From positions 32,001 to 96,000 of the IMG/VR virus record IMGVR_UViG_2974778117_000001: 64,000 nt of DNA. One strand, 5' to 3'. The notes beneath the pieces were generated by a model. It saw nothing but the letters and a program-made list of their open reading frames with translations, did no database searches and was not told the DNA's origin. Below are positions 42,501 to 53,281 of the stretch, piece after piece (position 1 is the stretch's first letter; every line of letters starts with the position of its first letter). This DNA comes from a virus (taxonomy: Duplodnaviria > Caudoviricetes). A program made the position numbers and the translations under genes.

Positions 42501-45377
42501 GCACCTATCGGTCAACCCATATCTGCAATACAATCAGAAGGGTTCGCTGGTCCTGTCGCCAAACAACGACGTATGGTCCGACGATACTCGTCTGCCAGAG
42601 ATCGTGGTCGACATTGACGCGGGCGTGGATGCCATCAAGCAGATCGCTGATGCAGCAGGTGTGACAGGAACCGACTGGGGTTCGTGGGTCGATCAGAACC
42701 GCACCATCTTGGGTTCGTCTTCGACTTCCAACACTCAGGTGAACGGACGTACCACAACGACAACCAACACCACGACTACCACGTCGAGTGTGACGGCTGC
42801 CCGTACCGGTACCGCCAAGACCGTCGAGTCGCGTACCGACACCTACAAGATTGACGACGTTGTTAAGGACGTGTCGCTGATCACATACATCCGCGCTCGG
42901 AAGATCGAGTTCTACGCTACCAAGATGAAGCCGAACACACGCATCTACGCGTTCTTCGACGGCACCAAGGTCAGCGAGTTCTGCCGAGACATCGGCTTCC
43001 AGCTGAACGCAGCCAACGCCGGTCAGGCTTCACAGCTTGTCGAGTACGGCAGCCCGATGATCACCGATGCAAACGGTGAGTTCCGTGGCGAGTTCAACAT
43101 CCCAGGCGGACGCTTCTTCGTGGGCGAAAAGCAGTTCGTCCTATCCGACGATCCGAACATGAGCGGTGACCCGGATCTGGAAACCACAACAGCCAAGTGT
43201 GTCTACTTCGCTGGTGGTCTGGACGTTACCAAGCAGGACGTGTCGCTGAACGTGATCACGCCCAACTTCACCACTGAGCAGGTGACTGAGACCTCACAGC
43301 GTACTGAAACGACTGTGAACCGTGACACCACGGTGGTCAACAACCCAGCTCCGGCAGGTGATACTGGTCGATGCAACCAGGGTTCGACTCAGATGATCTC
43401 TCGTCTGGCTTGCGAATGCGCACGCGGACGTTGGCTGGTCTGTGTGGTGACCCGGTCGCTCAGGCGTTCATCGTGGATCAGGAGATCTTCGCTTCGGGTC
43501 TGGACGTGTACTTCAAGCAGGTCGATCTGTTCTCGGACCGCATCTTCGTGGAACTCCGCGATATGGTGAACGGCTATCCGGGTGTCACTCGACTGGCTCA
43601 GAAGTTCTACACCCCGGATCAGATCGCTCCGTTCATCTCAGACGACTCGAGCAAGCCGTTCCACGTGGAATTCGACGCTCCAGTGTTCTTGCAGGCTGGC
43701 GTGCAGTACTGCTTCGTCGTGGGTGGTGCGTCGCCAAACACTCGCATCTGGGTATCGCGCCTGGGCGGTGAAGTGGTGAACATGCCAGGCAAGATCGTTG
43801 AGCTGCCGGCGACTTCGGAAGTCAGCTTCCGCTCGCTGAACGGCACAACCTGGAACGCTGAGCAGTACGAGCAGATCAAGTACAAGCTGTACCGCGCAAA
43901 CTTCAAGAGCCAGCAGATGACTCTGGTGTTCGAGAACGAGCACGATCCGGACGCAGGTGGTTACGCGACCGACGAGAACCCGTTCCAGACTCAGACCGGC
44001 AGCACTCGCATCCGCGTCTACCAGAAGAACCACGGCTTCACCCCAGGTGATCGCGTATCGTTCGCGCTGTTTGACACCAATGCGTTCCGAATCCGCTACT
44101 CAGACTTCGTGCCGCAGATCGGTCAGACGATGCACACTCCGACAGGTTCGGGCGTGATTGACGATATCAGATCGACTTCGGTGAGCAATGAGTATATGGT
44201 CACTGTCAAGAACATGTCGGGCGTCATGACCGCAAGTCAGACATACGTGTGTGAAGCGATGACCAAGACGGCTCGTGACTTCTGGCTGGCATCGAGCATG
44301 GACTCCAAGAAGCCCGAATCCTACACGCTGAACCAGTGCGTGGGTACGGTCCTGGAGAACAGCTACGGCAACAAGTACGTGAACGGTCTGATCGCGGGCA
44401 TCCCGGTTGGCGAGTTCAACACCGAGTACACCTCCGGATCCTTGGGTCTGACGGTGATCGACGTGGACAGCATCGACACCTACATCATCAACGTGCAGAC
44501 CCCAGCGACCATCACCGGTCGTGTTGGCGGAACCGGCGTTCGTGTCTACAACGGCAACGAGAAGTATGATGTGTTCAACGTGTCGGGTGCTTACCTGCCG
44601 TATCGTGCTACCGAATCGTGGACGATGACCGGTATTGCTCATGGCGAAGCTGGTAGCGTATTTGAGTCTCAGGATTACAACGTCCTGGCCCCGATTGCGT
44701 TCGTGCCTCAGGAAGACAAGTTCAGCGGTCAGCCGTTGAAGATCGCTTCCAAGAACAACGAGCAGATCAAGTTGGGTGCAGGTAACAAGTCGGCAACGGT
44801 GACCGTGACATTCAGTGCAGCGAACAGCTGGACCAGCCCGATCATCAACCTTGACTCCTTCTCGATGACAACGATCAACAACCGTTGTGAGTGGAGAGAC
44901 AAGGCGAAGCTGGAAGCCATCCCAACCGGCGAGCCGACTTGGGTGGACGAACGCAACCCGATCAACGGAACCGAGACCTATAAGTACGTTACAAGGAGCG
45001 TCAACCTAGCAAACGCTGCGAACGATATCAGTATCTTCGTGGACGTGTACAAGGACCTCAACGCAGATTTTGACATCTATGTCAAGCGCCTGCCGGTCTA
45101 CGAGACAGCTGCAATCGACACCCTGCCTTGGATCAAGGTGAACAACATCGTCAAGAGCCGCTCGTCGGTCGACTTGACAGACTTCATCGAGTACAACATC
45201 GTGGCTTCACGTGATATCCTCAAGGAGACCGTGAACGGCGTTGTGATCCCAGGTTGGTTGGATGATTCAGGTGCCCCGACGCCGTTCACCTCATTCCAGG
45301 TGAAGCTGGTCGGACGCTCCAAGAACTCGGCTAAGCCGCCGCTCTTCAGAGCTCTCCGAATCATCGCAGTGACCTAA
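39583..45377 (+). CDS. very large VrlC/DUF4815-like baseplate/fibre-attachment protein (frameshift near 43445)
   Basis: PY.DDFDP.K.F.KVLFRPGRAVQARELNQ.QS, APGADR, RRYTMRDIG..ENR, DPVAQ.F, C-terminal PP.FR.LRIIA. Confidence 0.85.
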
Positions 45378-45607
45378 TGGACATCAAAATCGAAGGATAC
45401 CCTGAGCTCCGCAGACGCGGAGCCGGGGTGATTAACACAGACAGGGACGAGTACCTCCGAGCTCTGAATCGGAACAAGCAGGGGAAGCGTATTGACGATC
45501 TGGAAGAGAAGATTGAAGACCTAAGTGGGAAGGTCGACAAGCTCCTCCAGATCCTAACTGGAGCATTTGGCAATGACAGAATTGTCAGTAAACAAAGCCT
45601 TTCGTGA
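45377..45607 (+). CDS. small coiled-coil protein
   Basis: KIEGYP.L.R....VINTD..EY followed by a coiled coil; this type of gene often follows VrlC-like genes. Confidence 0.6.
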   Translation: MDIKIEGYPELRRRGAGVINTDRDEYLRALNRNKQGKRIDDLEEKIEDLSGKVDKLLQILTGAFGNDRIVSKQSLS

Positions 45608-45738
45608 TGTGATGGAAGTAGAAGAGCTTCTGGCTCAAGTCTGCAAGCGGATCATCGAAAGAAAGAAATGCTTTAGAGCCCGGGCTTGTGCAAGGCAAGC
45701 GATAAATACTATCGCAATCAATACCTTGGACATTCCAC

Positions 45739-46500
45739 ATGGCAAGAATCTCTTCACGCGAAGACCTGAAGCAGTATGCGCTCCGTGATCTAGGTGCGCC
45801 GCTGCTGCTGATCAATGTTGACGACCAGCAGCTTGAAGATAGAATTGATGATGCTCTCGACCTGTTCCATGAGTACCACTTCTACGGTACGGAACGCGTC
45901 TACTTGCACCATCAGCTTACGCAGGACGACATCAACAATCAAGAGATTGTCCTCCCCGATGGGGTGATGTCCGTTCTGGATGTTCTGCGTCAGGGCGTAG
46001 GTGACGGCGGTGGCGGAAACGGCATCGCCACGATCAACCTCCAGTATCAGATGTACCTCACGGATGTGATGAACGTCCGCAAGATCATGATGGGCGGTCT
46101 GAGTAGCTTCTACATCACTCAGTCGTATCTGAACACAATCGCTGACACGTTCGGTCAACCCGACCGCTTGACGTTCAACATGCACAACGATCGCTTGAAG
46201 CTCCTGACTGACTGGTCTCTGATGACGGTCGGCTCGTGGGTGGCTATCGAGTGCTATCGTGCAATCAACCCTGATGATGTCGGCGCGGTCTACAACAACC
46301 GTTGGCTGAAGAAGTACACCTGCGCGTTGTTCCGCAAGCAGTGGGGTCAGAACCTCATCAAGTTCGGCAATGCTCAGCTCCCAGGTGGTATCACCACAAA
46401 CGGTGAAGCGATCCTCCAACAAGCGATCACAGAAGTGAAGGAGCTTGAGGAAGAGCTCCAGAACAACTATCAAGACCCAGTTGACTTCTTCATGGCTTGA
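45739..46500 (+). CDS. gp13: neck protein
   Basis: SRE.LK.Y.LR.LGAP...INVDD.QLEDRID.AL, WLKKY..AL...QWG.NLIKF...QLPGG...NG. Confidence 0.95.
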   Translation: MARISSREDLKQYALRDLGAPLLLINVDDQQLEDRIDDALDLFHEYHFYGTERVYLHHQLTQDDINNQEIVLPDGVMSVLDVLRQGVGDGGGGNGIATINLQYQMYLTDVMNVRKIMMGGLSSFYITQSYLNTIADTFGQPDRLTFNMHNDRLKLLTDWSLMTVGSWVAIECYRAINPDDVGAVYNNRWLKKYTCALFRKQWGQNLIKFGNAQLPGGITTNGEAILQQAITEVKELEEELQNNYQDPVDFFMA

Positions 46501-46542
46501 CGGCTTAAATATCCATACAACCCAACCCTGCTTAGGTGCAAA

Positions 46543-46893
46543 ATGCTCCACACGCCTCCTGCCGAGATTGCTCGGATCGCCCACAACACGGTTAAAGCTT
46601 ACCGCGAAGCGATGGGTGATTTCTCAGTCGTAGACTGGAACAGTGCTGACACGCACGTTCGCGAGAAGTTGATTGACTTCGTTCACATCTACTCCGAGAA
46701 CCCGACAGATACACCTGAGACGCTCCATCAGATCTGGATGGACCTGAAGATCGACAATGGCTGGGCCCATGGTGACAAGCTTGACTGGACCAAGCTGGAA
46801 CACCCGGACCTCCTGCCGTATGAACTACTATCAGACCTCCGTCGTGCCGCAGACGCGATCACTTGGGCGGTCATCAGAGAAGTGATGAAGTAA
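46543..46893 (+). CDS. RyR-domain protein
   Basis: H..W...K...GW.HG...D..K..HP.LLPY..L......D matches the RyR repeat consensus; own TAAATA at 46506. Confidence 0.75.
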   Translation: MLHTPPAEIARIAHNTVKAYREAMGDFSVVDWNSADTHVREKLIDFVHIYSENPTDTPETLHQIWMDLKIDNGWAHGDKLDWTKLEHPDLLPYELLSDLRRAADAITWAVIREVMK

Positions 46894-46894
46894 C

Positions 46895-47532
46895 ATGGCA
46901 ACCAACCCGTATTTCAATCGAGTCAAGCAAGTTTCCGAGCAGGATATGTTTGAGGCGAACGTCATTGAGGCTATTCAGATCAATGGCGTCGACGTCTGGT
47001 ATCTGCCCCGCGAAACTTTGAGATTGACCCCATTCTGAAGGAGCCCAAGAAGACTACCTTCCAGCGTGCGTTCCCGATTGAAGCGTACCAACCAGACGCC
47101 GCCCAGTACGGCGGTCTCGGTCAGATCATGTCTGAGTTTGGTCCACGGGTTGACAATATCACGGAATTCGTGATCAGCAAGAAACGCTTCGCCGAACTAG
47201 GCACCGGACGCACACGCCCCAAGGAAGGGGATTTGATCTATGTCGGCGATCCGTGGAACCCAATCGGTTCCTACACCAACTACATGTTTGAGATCAATCA
47301 GTGCTGGTACAACAATCCTGATTGGCAGTTCGGACGCCACTTCACATTCCGTCTCGTTTGCAGCACCTTCACCTACAGCTACGAGAAGTTCCATTCGGGT
47401 CTCCCTGGCGTGGACGCTCAAGCTGTCACGAACATTGAAGAGCTGCTGGAAGGAATCAATCACGAGGTCATCGAGGAGAAGAAGGAACTCTTCATTCCCG
47501 GGAAAATGGACAACGTGTTCGGAGAGTACTGA
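46895..47532 (+). CDS. gp14: neck protein (frameshift near 47015)
   Basis: MATNPYFN, E.IQI.G.DV.YLPRE, S.FG, RPKEGDLIY, F.YS.E. Confidence 0.9.
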
Positions 47533-48281
47533 TGAGAGATCCATTCTACTACAGCACCACCAAGAAACTGCTGGTAGCGTTCTGCAGCATCTTTGACGAG
47601 ATCGCAATCATCGACGACTTTGGACGTAGGATCGAGGTTCCCTTGAACTTTGCCCAGCGTGAAAAGTTCCTAGATGATCCAGGTCGTCAGGCTGACTACG
47701 ATATGGACGCCTTGACATATGACATCGCCTTCCCCAAGATGGGTGTGGAGATCGCCGGCTTCAACTTCGCGCCGGAAAGAAATCTGAACCCCTTGCGTCG
47801 CATCCCTGACTTCGATGATGTGAACAAGCAGGAGGTGATGATGTACAATCGCGTCCCCTACGATCTGAACATGAACCTGTACATCGGTGCCAGGAAGCTG
47901 GAAGACAGCCTCAAGATCGTGGAACAGATCATCCCCTTCTTTGCCCCGGAACTGACCCTCACGATCCGCGACAAGGAAAACTTCGGAATGGAAACGAACA
48001 TTCCGATTGAGCTGAACAGCGTGGCTGTCAACATTGATGCCCTAGGTTCGCTTGACACCAAGAGGGTGATCATGTGGACCTTGAACTTCACGGTGAAGGC
48101 ATTCTACTACTCAGACGTCAGACTTGACACTCGGATCAAACAGGCAATCATTGACTTTGATGAGATGGATCTCACTTCAGTTCTGGAACGCTATACTGCT
48201 ACTGTCAATCCTTTGGATGCTGAGAAGACTGATCCCCACACCGTGATTGAGACTACTGAGTTGGGAGTGAATGATGACTGA
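47532..48281 (+). CDS. gp15: tail sheath stabiliser / terminator
   Basis: FYY...KK..VAF..IFD.I, VP..FA.REKF, VPYD....LYI, IVEQIIPFF.P. Confidence 0.93.
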   Translation: MRDPFYYSTTKKLLVAFCSIFDEIAIIDDFGRRIEVPLNFAQREKFLDDPGRQADYDMDALTYDIAFPKMGVEIAGFNFAPERNLNPLRRIPDFDDVNKQEVMMYNRVPYDLNMNLYIGARKLEDSLKIVEQIIPFFAPELTLTIRDKENFGMETNIPIELNSVAVNIDALGSLDTKRVIMWTLNFTVKAFYYSDVRLDTRIKQAIIDFDEMDLTSVLERYTATVNPLDAEKTDPHTVIETTELGVNDD

Positions 48282-48765
48282 CCCATTGGATATGATCTCC
48301 CAGACGTTGAACACAATCACTGGGATGGACAAGCTACCGCGTGAGTCTCAAGTCGAGATTGACGCTGAAGAGGACTATCTCACTGCCCGTAAGAATCTGA
48401 AGGAACTGGTCGAGACAGGCATGGAAATTGTGCCTGACATGATGGCGGTTATGACTGCCACCCAGGATCCCAAGATGTATCAAGCGGCTGCAGCCGTCCT
48501 GAAAAGCGTCGCTGCACTTAACGCACAGATGATGGAAGTATCATCAAAACGAGAGAAGAACACTCGCCCACCAACTCCCCAAAAGCCCGAAGATTCTACC
48601 ACGCACATCGAGGCCAAGGGACCTGTGTACATTGGGACAACGGCTGACATCATCAAACAGAGACGGCTAGCTAAGGAAAAGGAACAGGCAATTGACGTCG
48701 AGGCAGTCCAAGTAAAGGATCCTCGACAAGAAGAGGAGATTCCTGGGGATTCATCAGAAGAGTAA
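48271..48765 (+). CDS. gp16: terminase small subunit
   Basis: D.EEDY..AR.NL..L, DP.MY, YIGTTAD; position upstream of terL. Confidence 0.85.
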   Translation: MMTDPLDMISQTLNTITGMDKLPRESQVEIDAEEDYLTARKNLKELVETGMEIVPDMMAVMTATQDPKMYQAAAAVLKSVAALNAQMMEVSSKREKNTRPPTPQKPEDSTTHIEAKGPVYIGTTADIIKQRRLAKEKEQAIDVEAVQVKDPRQEEEIPGDSSEE

Positions 48766-48769
48766 TCGC

Positions 48770-49214
48770 TAGCAGTCATGAACGTCGCGCTTCGCGCGGG
48801 CTTCGACAGCTGACGCTGTCTCGCCGGTCAACTTGCTTCATGAACCGATCCGGTCTTGATGAACCCTTGGGCTAGCGGACACACTTTGGCCATCTAGGCC
48901 AACGTATGTTCAAAGAACAATACTGACAGTCAAGGGTCCCTTTCGGGGTAGGATGTGGGGAGCGGTGACACCCTGTACCTTGATATTGGTCTCTCGCGAG
49001 ACTCCCGCCATGACTACAGATCGCATGTCATTAGATCAGAGTCAACACCTGTTGCAGCGGAGCAGAGCAGGTCATACTTCAGTGGTTGGTTAGGCCACCT
49101 TGCCTCTTCAATAGGTCTTACTCAGAAAGCGCATCTTACGTCGCGACTACGATTAGCCGACGGCTAGCTTCCACTCATTGTTCATCATATAGTGCCAGAG
49201 GGTGTTCCTCCGAC
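48770..49214 (-). ncRNA. candidate large structured non-coding RNA
   Basis: 507-bp gap with no credible ORF, more than 10 helices, GNRA tetraloops and G-U pairs on the minus strand, preceded by a sigma70 promoter. Confidence 0.55.
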
Positions 49215-49220
49215 CATGTA

Positions 49221-49249
49221 ATTATAGCGGTGACGAACCGCCAAAACAA
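49221..49249 (-). promoter_or_regulatory. sigma70-type promoter antisense to the terminase operon
   Basis: TTGTTT-17-TATAAT. Confidence 0.65.
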
Positions 49250-49272
49250 GACCAGACAGAAAGAGTAACCAG

Positions 49273-50883
49273 ATGTTTGACGAGGATAGTCAATACAAGA
49301 AGGAAGACGCGTACAACGGCAACTCCAAGCTGAAGAAGGCTGGGGTCGAGACTCAGTTCTCCGAATGGGAGCTGGATGAGCTCGAGAAGTGCCAGAATGA
49401 CGTGCACTACTTCATCGCAAACTACTGCATGATCATCTCACTGGACGATGGTCTGGTGCCTTTCCGTATGTTCGGCTATCAGAAGAAGATGGTCGACATT
49501 GTCCTGGCGAATCGCTTCTCGATCTTCAAGTGGCCACGTCAGATGGGCAAGACAACCGTGGTCGCCGCGATCTTGCTCTGGTATGCGATCTTCAATGAAG
49601 AGTATCGAATCGCAATTCTGGCGAACAAGGGCGACCAGTCGAGAGAAATTCTTGCCCGTCTCCAGCTGATGTATGAAGAGCTTCCTTGGTTCATGCAGGT
49701 CGGCGTTTCGGTCTGGAACAAGGGTAACATCAAGCTCGGTAATCGAAGCGAAGTCTTCACAGCGGCGACCGGCGGTTCTTCGATCCGTGGTAAGTCTGTC
49801 AACTTGATGTACCTCGATGAGTTCGCGTTCGTTGAGAATGACGTCGACTTCTACACCTCCACATATCCGGTCGTCACCTCCGGTACCAAGACCAAGGTCA
49901 TCATCACCTCGACCCCGAACGGTATGAACCTGTTCTACAAGATCTGGACAGACTCGACCAACGGGAAGAACAACTACGTCCACAACGAGGCGTTCTGGCA
50001 CGATCATCCGAAGCGAGATCAGGCTTGGAAGGACGAACAGCTCCGAAACATGTCGGAGCGGCAGTTCGAGCAGGAATTCTTGTGCAAGTTCCAGGGTTCA
50101 AGCGATACGCTGCTGTCGCCCGCTAAGCTGGAACAGCTCACCTATCAGGATCACATCCGAGAGCTGGGTGGAAACCGTGACTTCAAGATCTATGAAGACC
50201 CGATCAAGGACGCTTCCTATGTCGTAACCGTGGACGTGTCGGAAGGTATCGGCAAGGACTACTCCGTCATCTCGGTGTTCGACACGACGGAAGCTCCATT
50301 CCGTCAGGTGGCGATGCTCAGATCCAATATCATCGCCCCTCTGATCCTTGCCGACTTGGCGAACCGGATCGGTCACCTCTACAATCAGGCTGTCCTGATC
50401 GTGGAATGCAACAGCATCGGCAACACTGTGGTCACCGCATTGTGGGAAGACTACGAGTACGAGAATCTGCTGATGACCAAGAACAAGGAAGCTGAGTCCA
50501 AGGTCGGTGAAGGTGGCAAGTCTCAACCGGGTGTCAGAACTACGAAGAAGACCAAGCTGATCGGCTGCAGCCAGCTCAAGATGCTCATTGAGTCTGATCA
50601 GCTGATCATTCAGGACTTCGATACCGTTGCAGAACTCAACAGCTTCATCAAGAAGGGTACAAGCTGGGAAGCAGAGCAAGGCAAGACGGATGACATCGTG
50701 ATGACTCTCGTCATCTTCGCATGGTTCGCCTCGCAGCCTTACTTCGCTGAGATGGTCGATCAGAACATCCGCAACCTGGTGAGAGCAAACCTGATGAATC
50801 AGGATGAGTATTGCTCCGCCTTCGGCTTCCTAGATGACGGCTGGGACGATGAAAGTGTTACTGACAATGGTGGTCTTTTCTGA
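49273..50883 (+). CDS. gp17: terminase large subunit
   Basis: PRQMGKTT (Walker A), YLDEFAF (Walker B), ITSTPNGMN, DVSEG.G.DYS, DD.VM nuclease motifs. Confidence 0.97.
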   Translation: MFDEDSQYKKEDAYNGNSKLKKAGVETQFSEWELDELEKCQNDVHYFIANYCMIISLDDGLVPFRMFGYQKKMVDIVLANRFSIFKWPRQMGKTTVVAAILLWYAIFNEEYRIAILANKGDQSREILARLQLMYEELPWFMQVGVSVWNKGNIKLGNRSEVFTAATGGSSIRGKSVNLMYLDEFAFVENDVDFYTSTYPVVTSGTKTKVIITSTPNGMNLFYKIWTDSTNGKNNYVHNEAFWHDHPKRDQAWKDEQLRNMSERQFEQEFLCKFQGSSDTLLSPAKLEQLTYQDHIRELGGNRDFKIYEDPIKDASYVVTVDVSEGIGKDYSVISVFDTTEAPFRQVAMLRSNIIAPLILADLANRIGHLYNQAVLIVECNSIGNTVVTALWEDYEYENLLMTKNKEAESKVGEGGKSQPGVRTTKKTKLIGCSQLKMLIESDQLIIQDFDTVAELNSFIKKGTSWEAEQGKTDDIVMTLVIFAWFASQPYFAEMVDQNIRNLVRANLMNQDEYCSAFGFLDDGWDDESVTDNGGLF

Positions 50884-50933
50884 TTTGGTAAATATCTGGA
50901 CGCAAAAACTCGCTTTGCAACTAGGAGAAACAT

Positions 50934-52905
50934 ATGGCTTCCAACAACTCTAGCCCAGATGTGCAGAGCCGAGAAATCGATCTGACCAATGGTGTAGCAA
51001 CTGCAGGATCAACCTCTGGCGCCTTTGCGGGTGACTTCCAGTGGGGTCCGGTAGACTCCATCATCACCGTCTCGAACAATCAAGATATTGAGACATCGCT
51101 GGGCAAGCCGACTGACACCAATTATGTGAGCTGGTTCTCGGCATCGAATTTCTTGGCATACACCGGCTTGCTTCAGGTCTCCCGCGCCGTTGACGAAAAC
51201 GCAATCAACGCCAGCGATGACGGCGGCGGCTTGCTGATCAAGAACCGTCAGCACTTTGAACAGGTCTCGACCGCTCCGACCAGCGTCAAGTACGCAGCGA
51301 AGTATCCGGGTCTGCTGGGTGACTCGCTTGAGGTTCATCTGGCTGACTCTGCAACCTTCTCGGGTTGGGCATACGCTAGCCAGTTCGACACTGCTCCGGG
51401 CACCTCGTTCTGGGCTCAGAACCTGGGAATCAAGAACGATGAAGTCCACGTGGTCGTGATTGACCGCCATGGTCTGTTCACCGGCGTGCCGAATTCCGTC
51501 CTCCGCGCATATTCGTACCTGTCGAAGGCATCGGATTCCAAGGACTCAAACGGTGGACCAAACTTCTACCGCAGCGTACTGAACCGTGACAGCCAACACG
51601 TGTGGTCCCTGGCTCTGCCGACTACCGCTGAACTGGTTGATGGCAATGACGGAACTGTCGATACCATCACCGTGAGTGACGGCGGACAGAACTACACCGC
51701 TGCTCCGACTGTAACCTTGTCGGCTCCGGCTCCAGGTGGTGTCCAGGCGACTGCTACCGCAACCGTTGCTGCAGGTGTCGTGACTGGGATCACTGTCGTG
51801 AACAAGGGTTCGGGTTACACTTCCGCTCCGACTGTTACAATCAGTGGTGATGGTACAGGCGCGACTGCAACTGCTGCCCTGAAGACCGTGACAGGCTCGG
51901 AGTGGGGTAAGCCGGGCATCCAGGCTGGTCTGCCGGTGACCTTCAAGTCGTTGGCTCAGCGTCAGGAACTTCCGCTCTCGGGTGGTAAGGATTCGACGCA
52001 GGTGGGAGCTCAAGAGCTGATCCAGGCTCTGGAACCCTTCCAGAACGAGGAAGAAGTTGACGTCGGTCTGTTGTTCCTTGGCGACTCGGGCGGCGAGACT
52101 TCGCACGCTGCAGTCACTCAGTGGGCAATCGACAACCTGGGCGAAGCACGAAAGGATCTGGTGGTCTTCTGGTCGCCGAAGCTGTCGGACGTGCTGAATA
52201 AGACTCAGAACGATGCGACCAATCTGTGCAAGACAACCATTGCGGCAGTTGGACGCGCTTCGAGCTACGCTTTCGGTGACACAGGCTGGAAGCTGCAGTA
52301 CGATGCCTACAACGACAAGTACCGCTGGATTCCGCTGAACGCTGACATCGCTGGTCTATGTGCACGCGTGGACAACACCTCCGATCCGTGGAACAGCCCA
52401 GGTGGTTACAACCGTGGTAAGCTGCTGAACGTGGTTTCGCTGGCGTTCAACCCGAACAAGACCAGCCGCGACCTGCTGTACAAGGCGAGCTTGAACCCGG
52501 TCGTGACCTTCCGTACTGACGGCACTCTGCTGTACGGCGACAAGACGATGCTGGGCAAGAACAGCGCGTTCTCCGATCTGGGTATCCGCAGACTGTTCAT
52601 CACCCTGCGCAAGAACATCAGCCAGGCGTCGAAGCAGTACTTGTTCGAGAAGAACAACGCGTTCACCCGAAACAGCTTCATCAACATGGTGACGCCGTAC
52701 CTCCAGCAGGTGAAGGGCAGAAACGGTATCAGCGACTTCTTGATCAAGTGCGACGAGCAGAACAACACCGCTCAGGTCATCCAGAACAAGCAGTTCGTCG
52801 GTTCGATCTTCATCAAGCCGGAATACAGCATCAACTGGGTTGAGCTGAACTTCGTGGCAGTCCGCCAGGACGTCGCCTCGAAGAAGTGCAGAACGTCAGT
52901 TCTAA
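50934..52905 (+). CDS. gp18: tail sheath protein (3' end frameshifted; true stop probably TAA 52903-52905)
   Basis: SP.V..REIDLT, G.FQWGP, SGWK-like TGWKLQYD.YNDKYRWIPLN.D.AGLC, RRLF, IFIKP..SIN. Confidence 0.95.
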
Positions 52906-52911
52906 GACGAG

Positions 52912-52943
52912 AAAAGCCCGGGGTCAAATCCGGGCTTTTCCTT
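52912..52943. terminator. bidirectional terminator
   Basis: AAAAGCCCGG...CCGGGCTTTT. Confidence 0.8.
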
Positions 52944-52949
52944 TGCGTG

Positions 52950-53135
52950 TCACTTGCCGGACCAGGTGTCGAGCAAATCCCATGCTGAGCGGCTGATCAC
53001 TTCGATCTTGGGCACACCGAAGCGGGTCACTTCTTGAACCTGCACGTTGTGGAAGTCGTAATTGATCGCCTGCATCCGGCGCCCCTTGTGGATACGAATC
53101 TGCTTCAGGATGACCGGCTGGTAGATCTCGCTCAT
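52950..53135 (-). CDS. small early hypothetical protein inserted between gp18 and gp19
   Basis: SD GAGGA, own promoter TTGCGT-17-TACAAT (53171-53199) and terminator. Confidence 0.7.
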   Translation of the reverse strand: MSEIYQPVILKQIRIHKGRRMQAINYDFHNVQVQEVTRFGVPKIEVISRSAWDLLDTWSGK

Positions 53136-53281
53136 TGATTCCTCGTGTTGGGTTTTCGGTTCGTGCTACTATTGTATGATAGGCAGACGTGATACGCAAG
53201 CACTTTCTGCGATAAATAAGAAAGAATCTTCGGTATGGTTGAGTCCTGGGAGATTCCCTCAACCTCAGATAAGGAGCCGAC

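Noticed and set aside
48766-49272. Group I or II intron, tmRNA, RNase P or tRNA in the terminase gap
   Set aside because: No domain V, P7, CCA end or RNase P consensus is visible, and both flanking genes look complete, so it cannot be assigned to a known class by eye.
48955-49407. Short ORFs (48955-49167, 49086-49268, 49222-49407) in the terS-terL gap
   Set aside because: Weak starts, no clear SD and atypical codon usage; the region is dominated by RNA-like helices.
51640-51900. G.V..I.V...GSGYT repeats in gp18, also present in gp7 and gp8
   Set aside because: A common beta-rich insertion in sheath and baseplate proteins of many T4-like phages; not novel.
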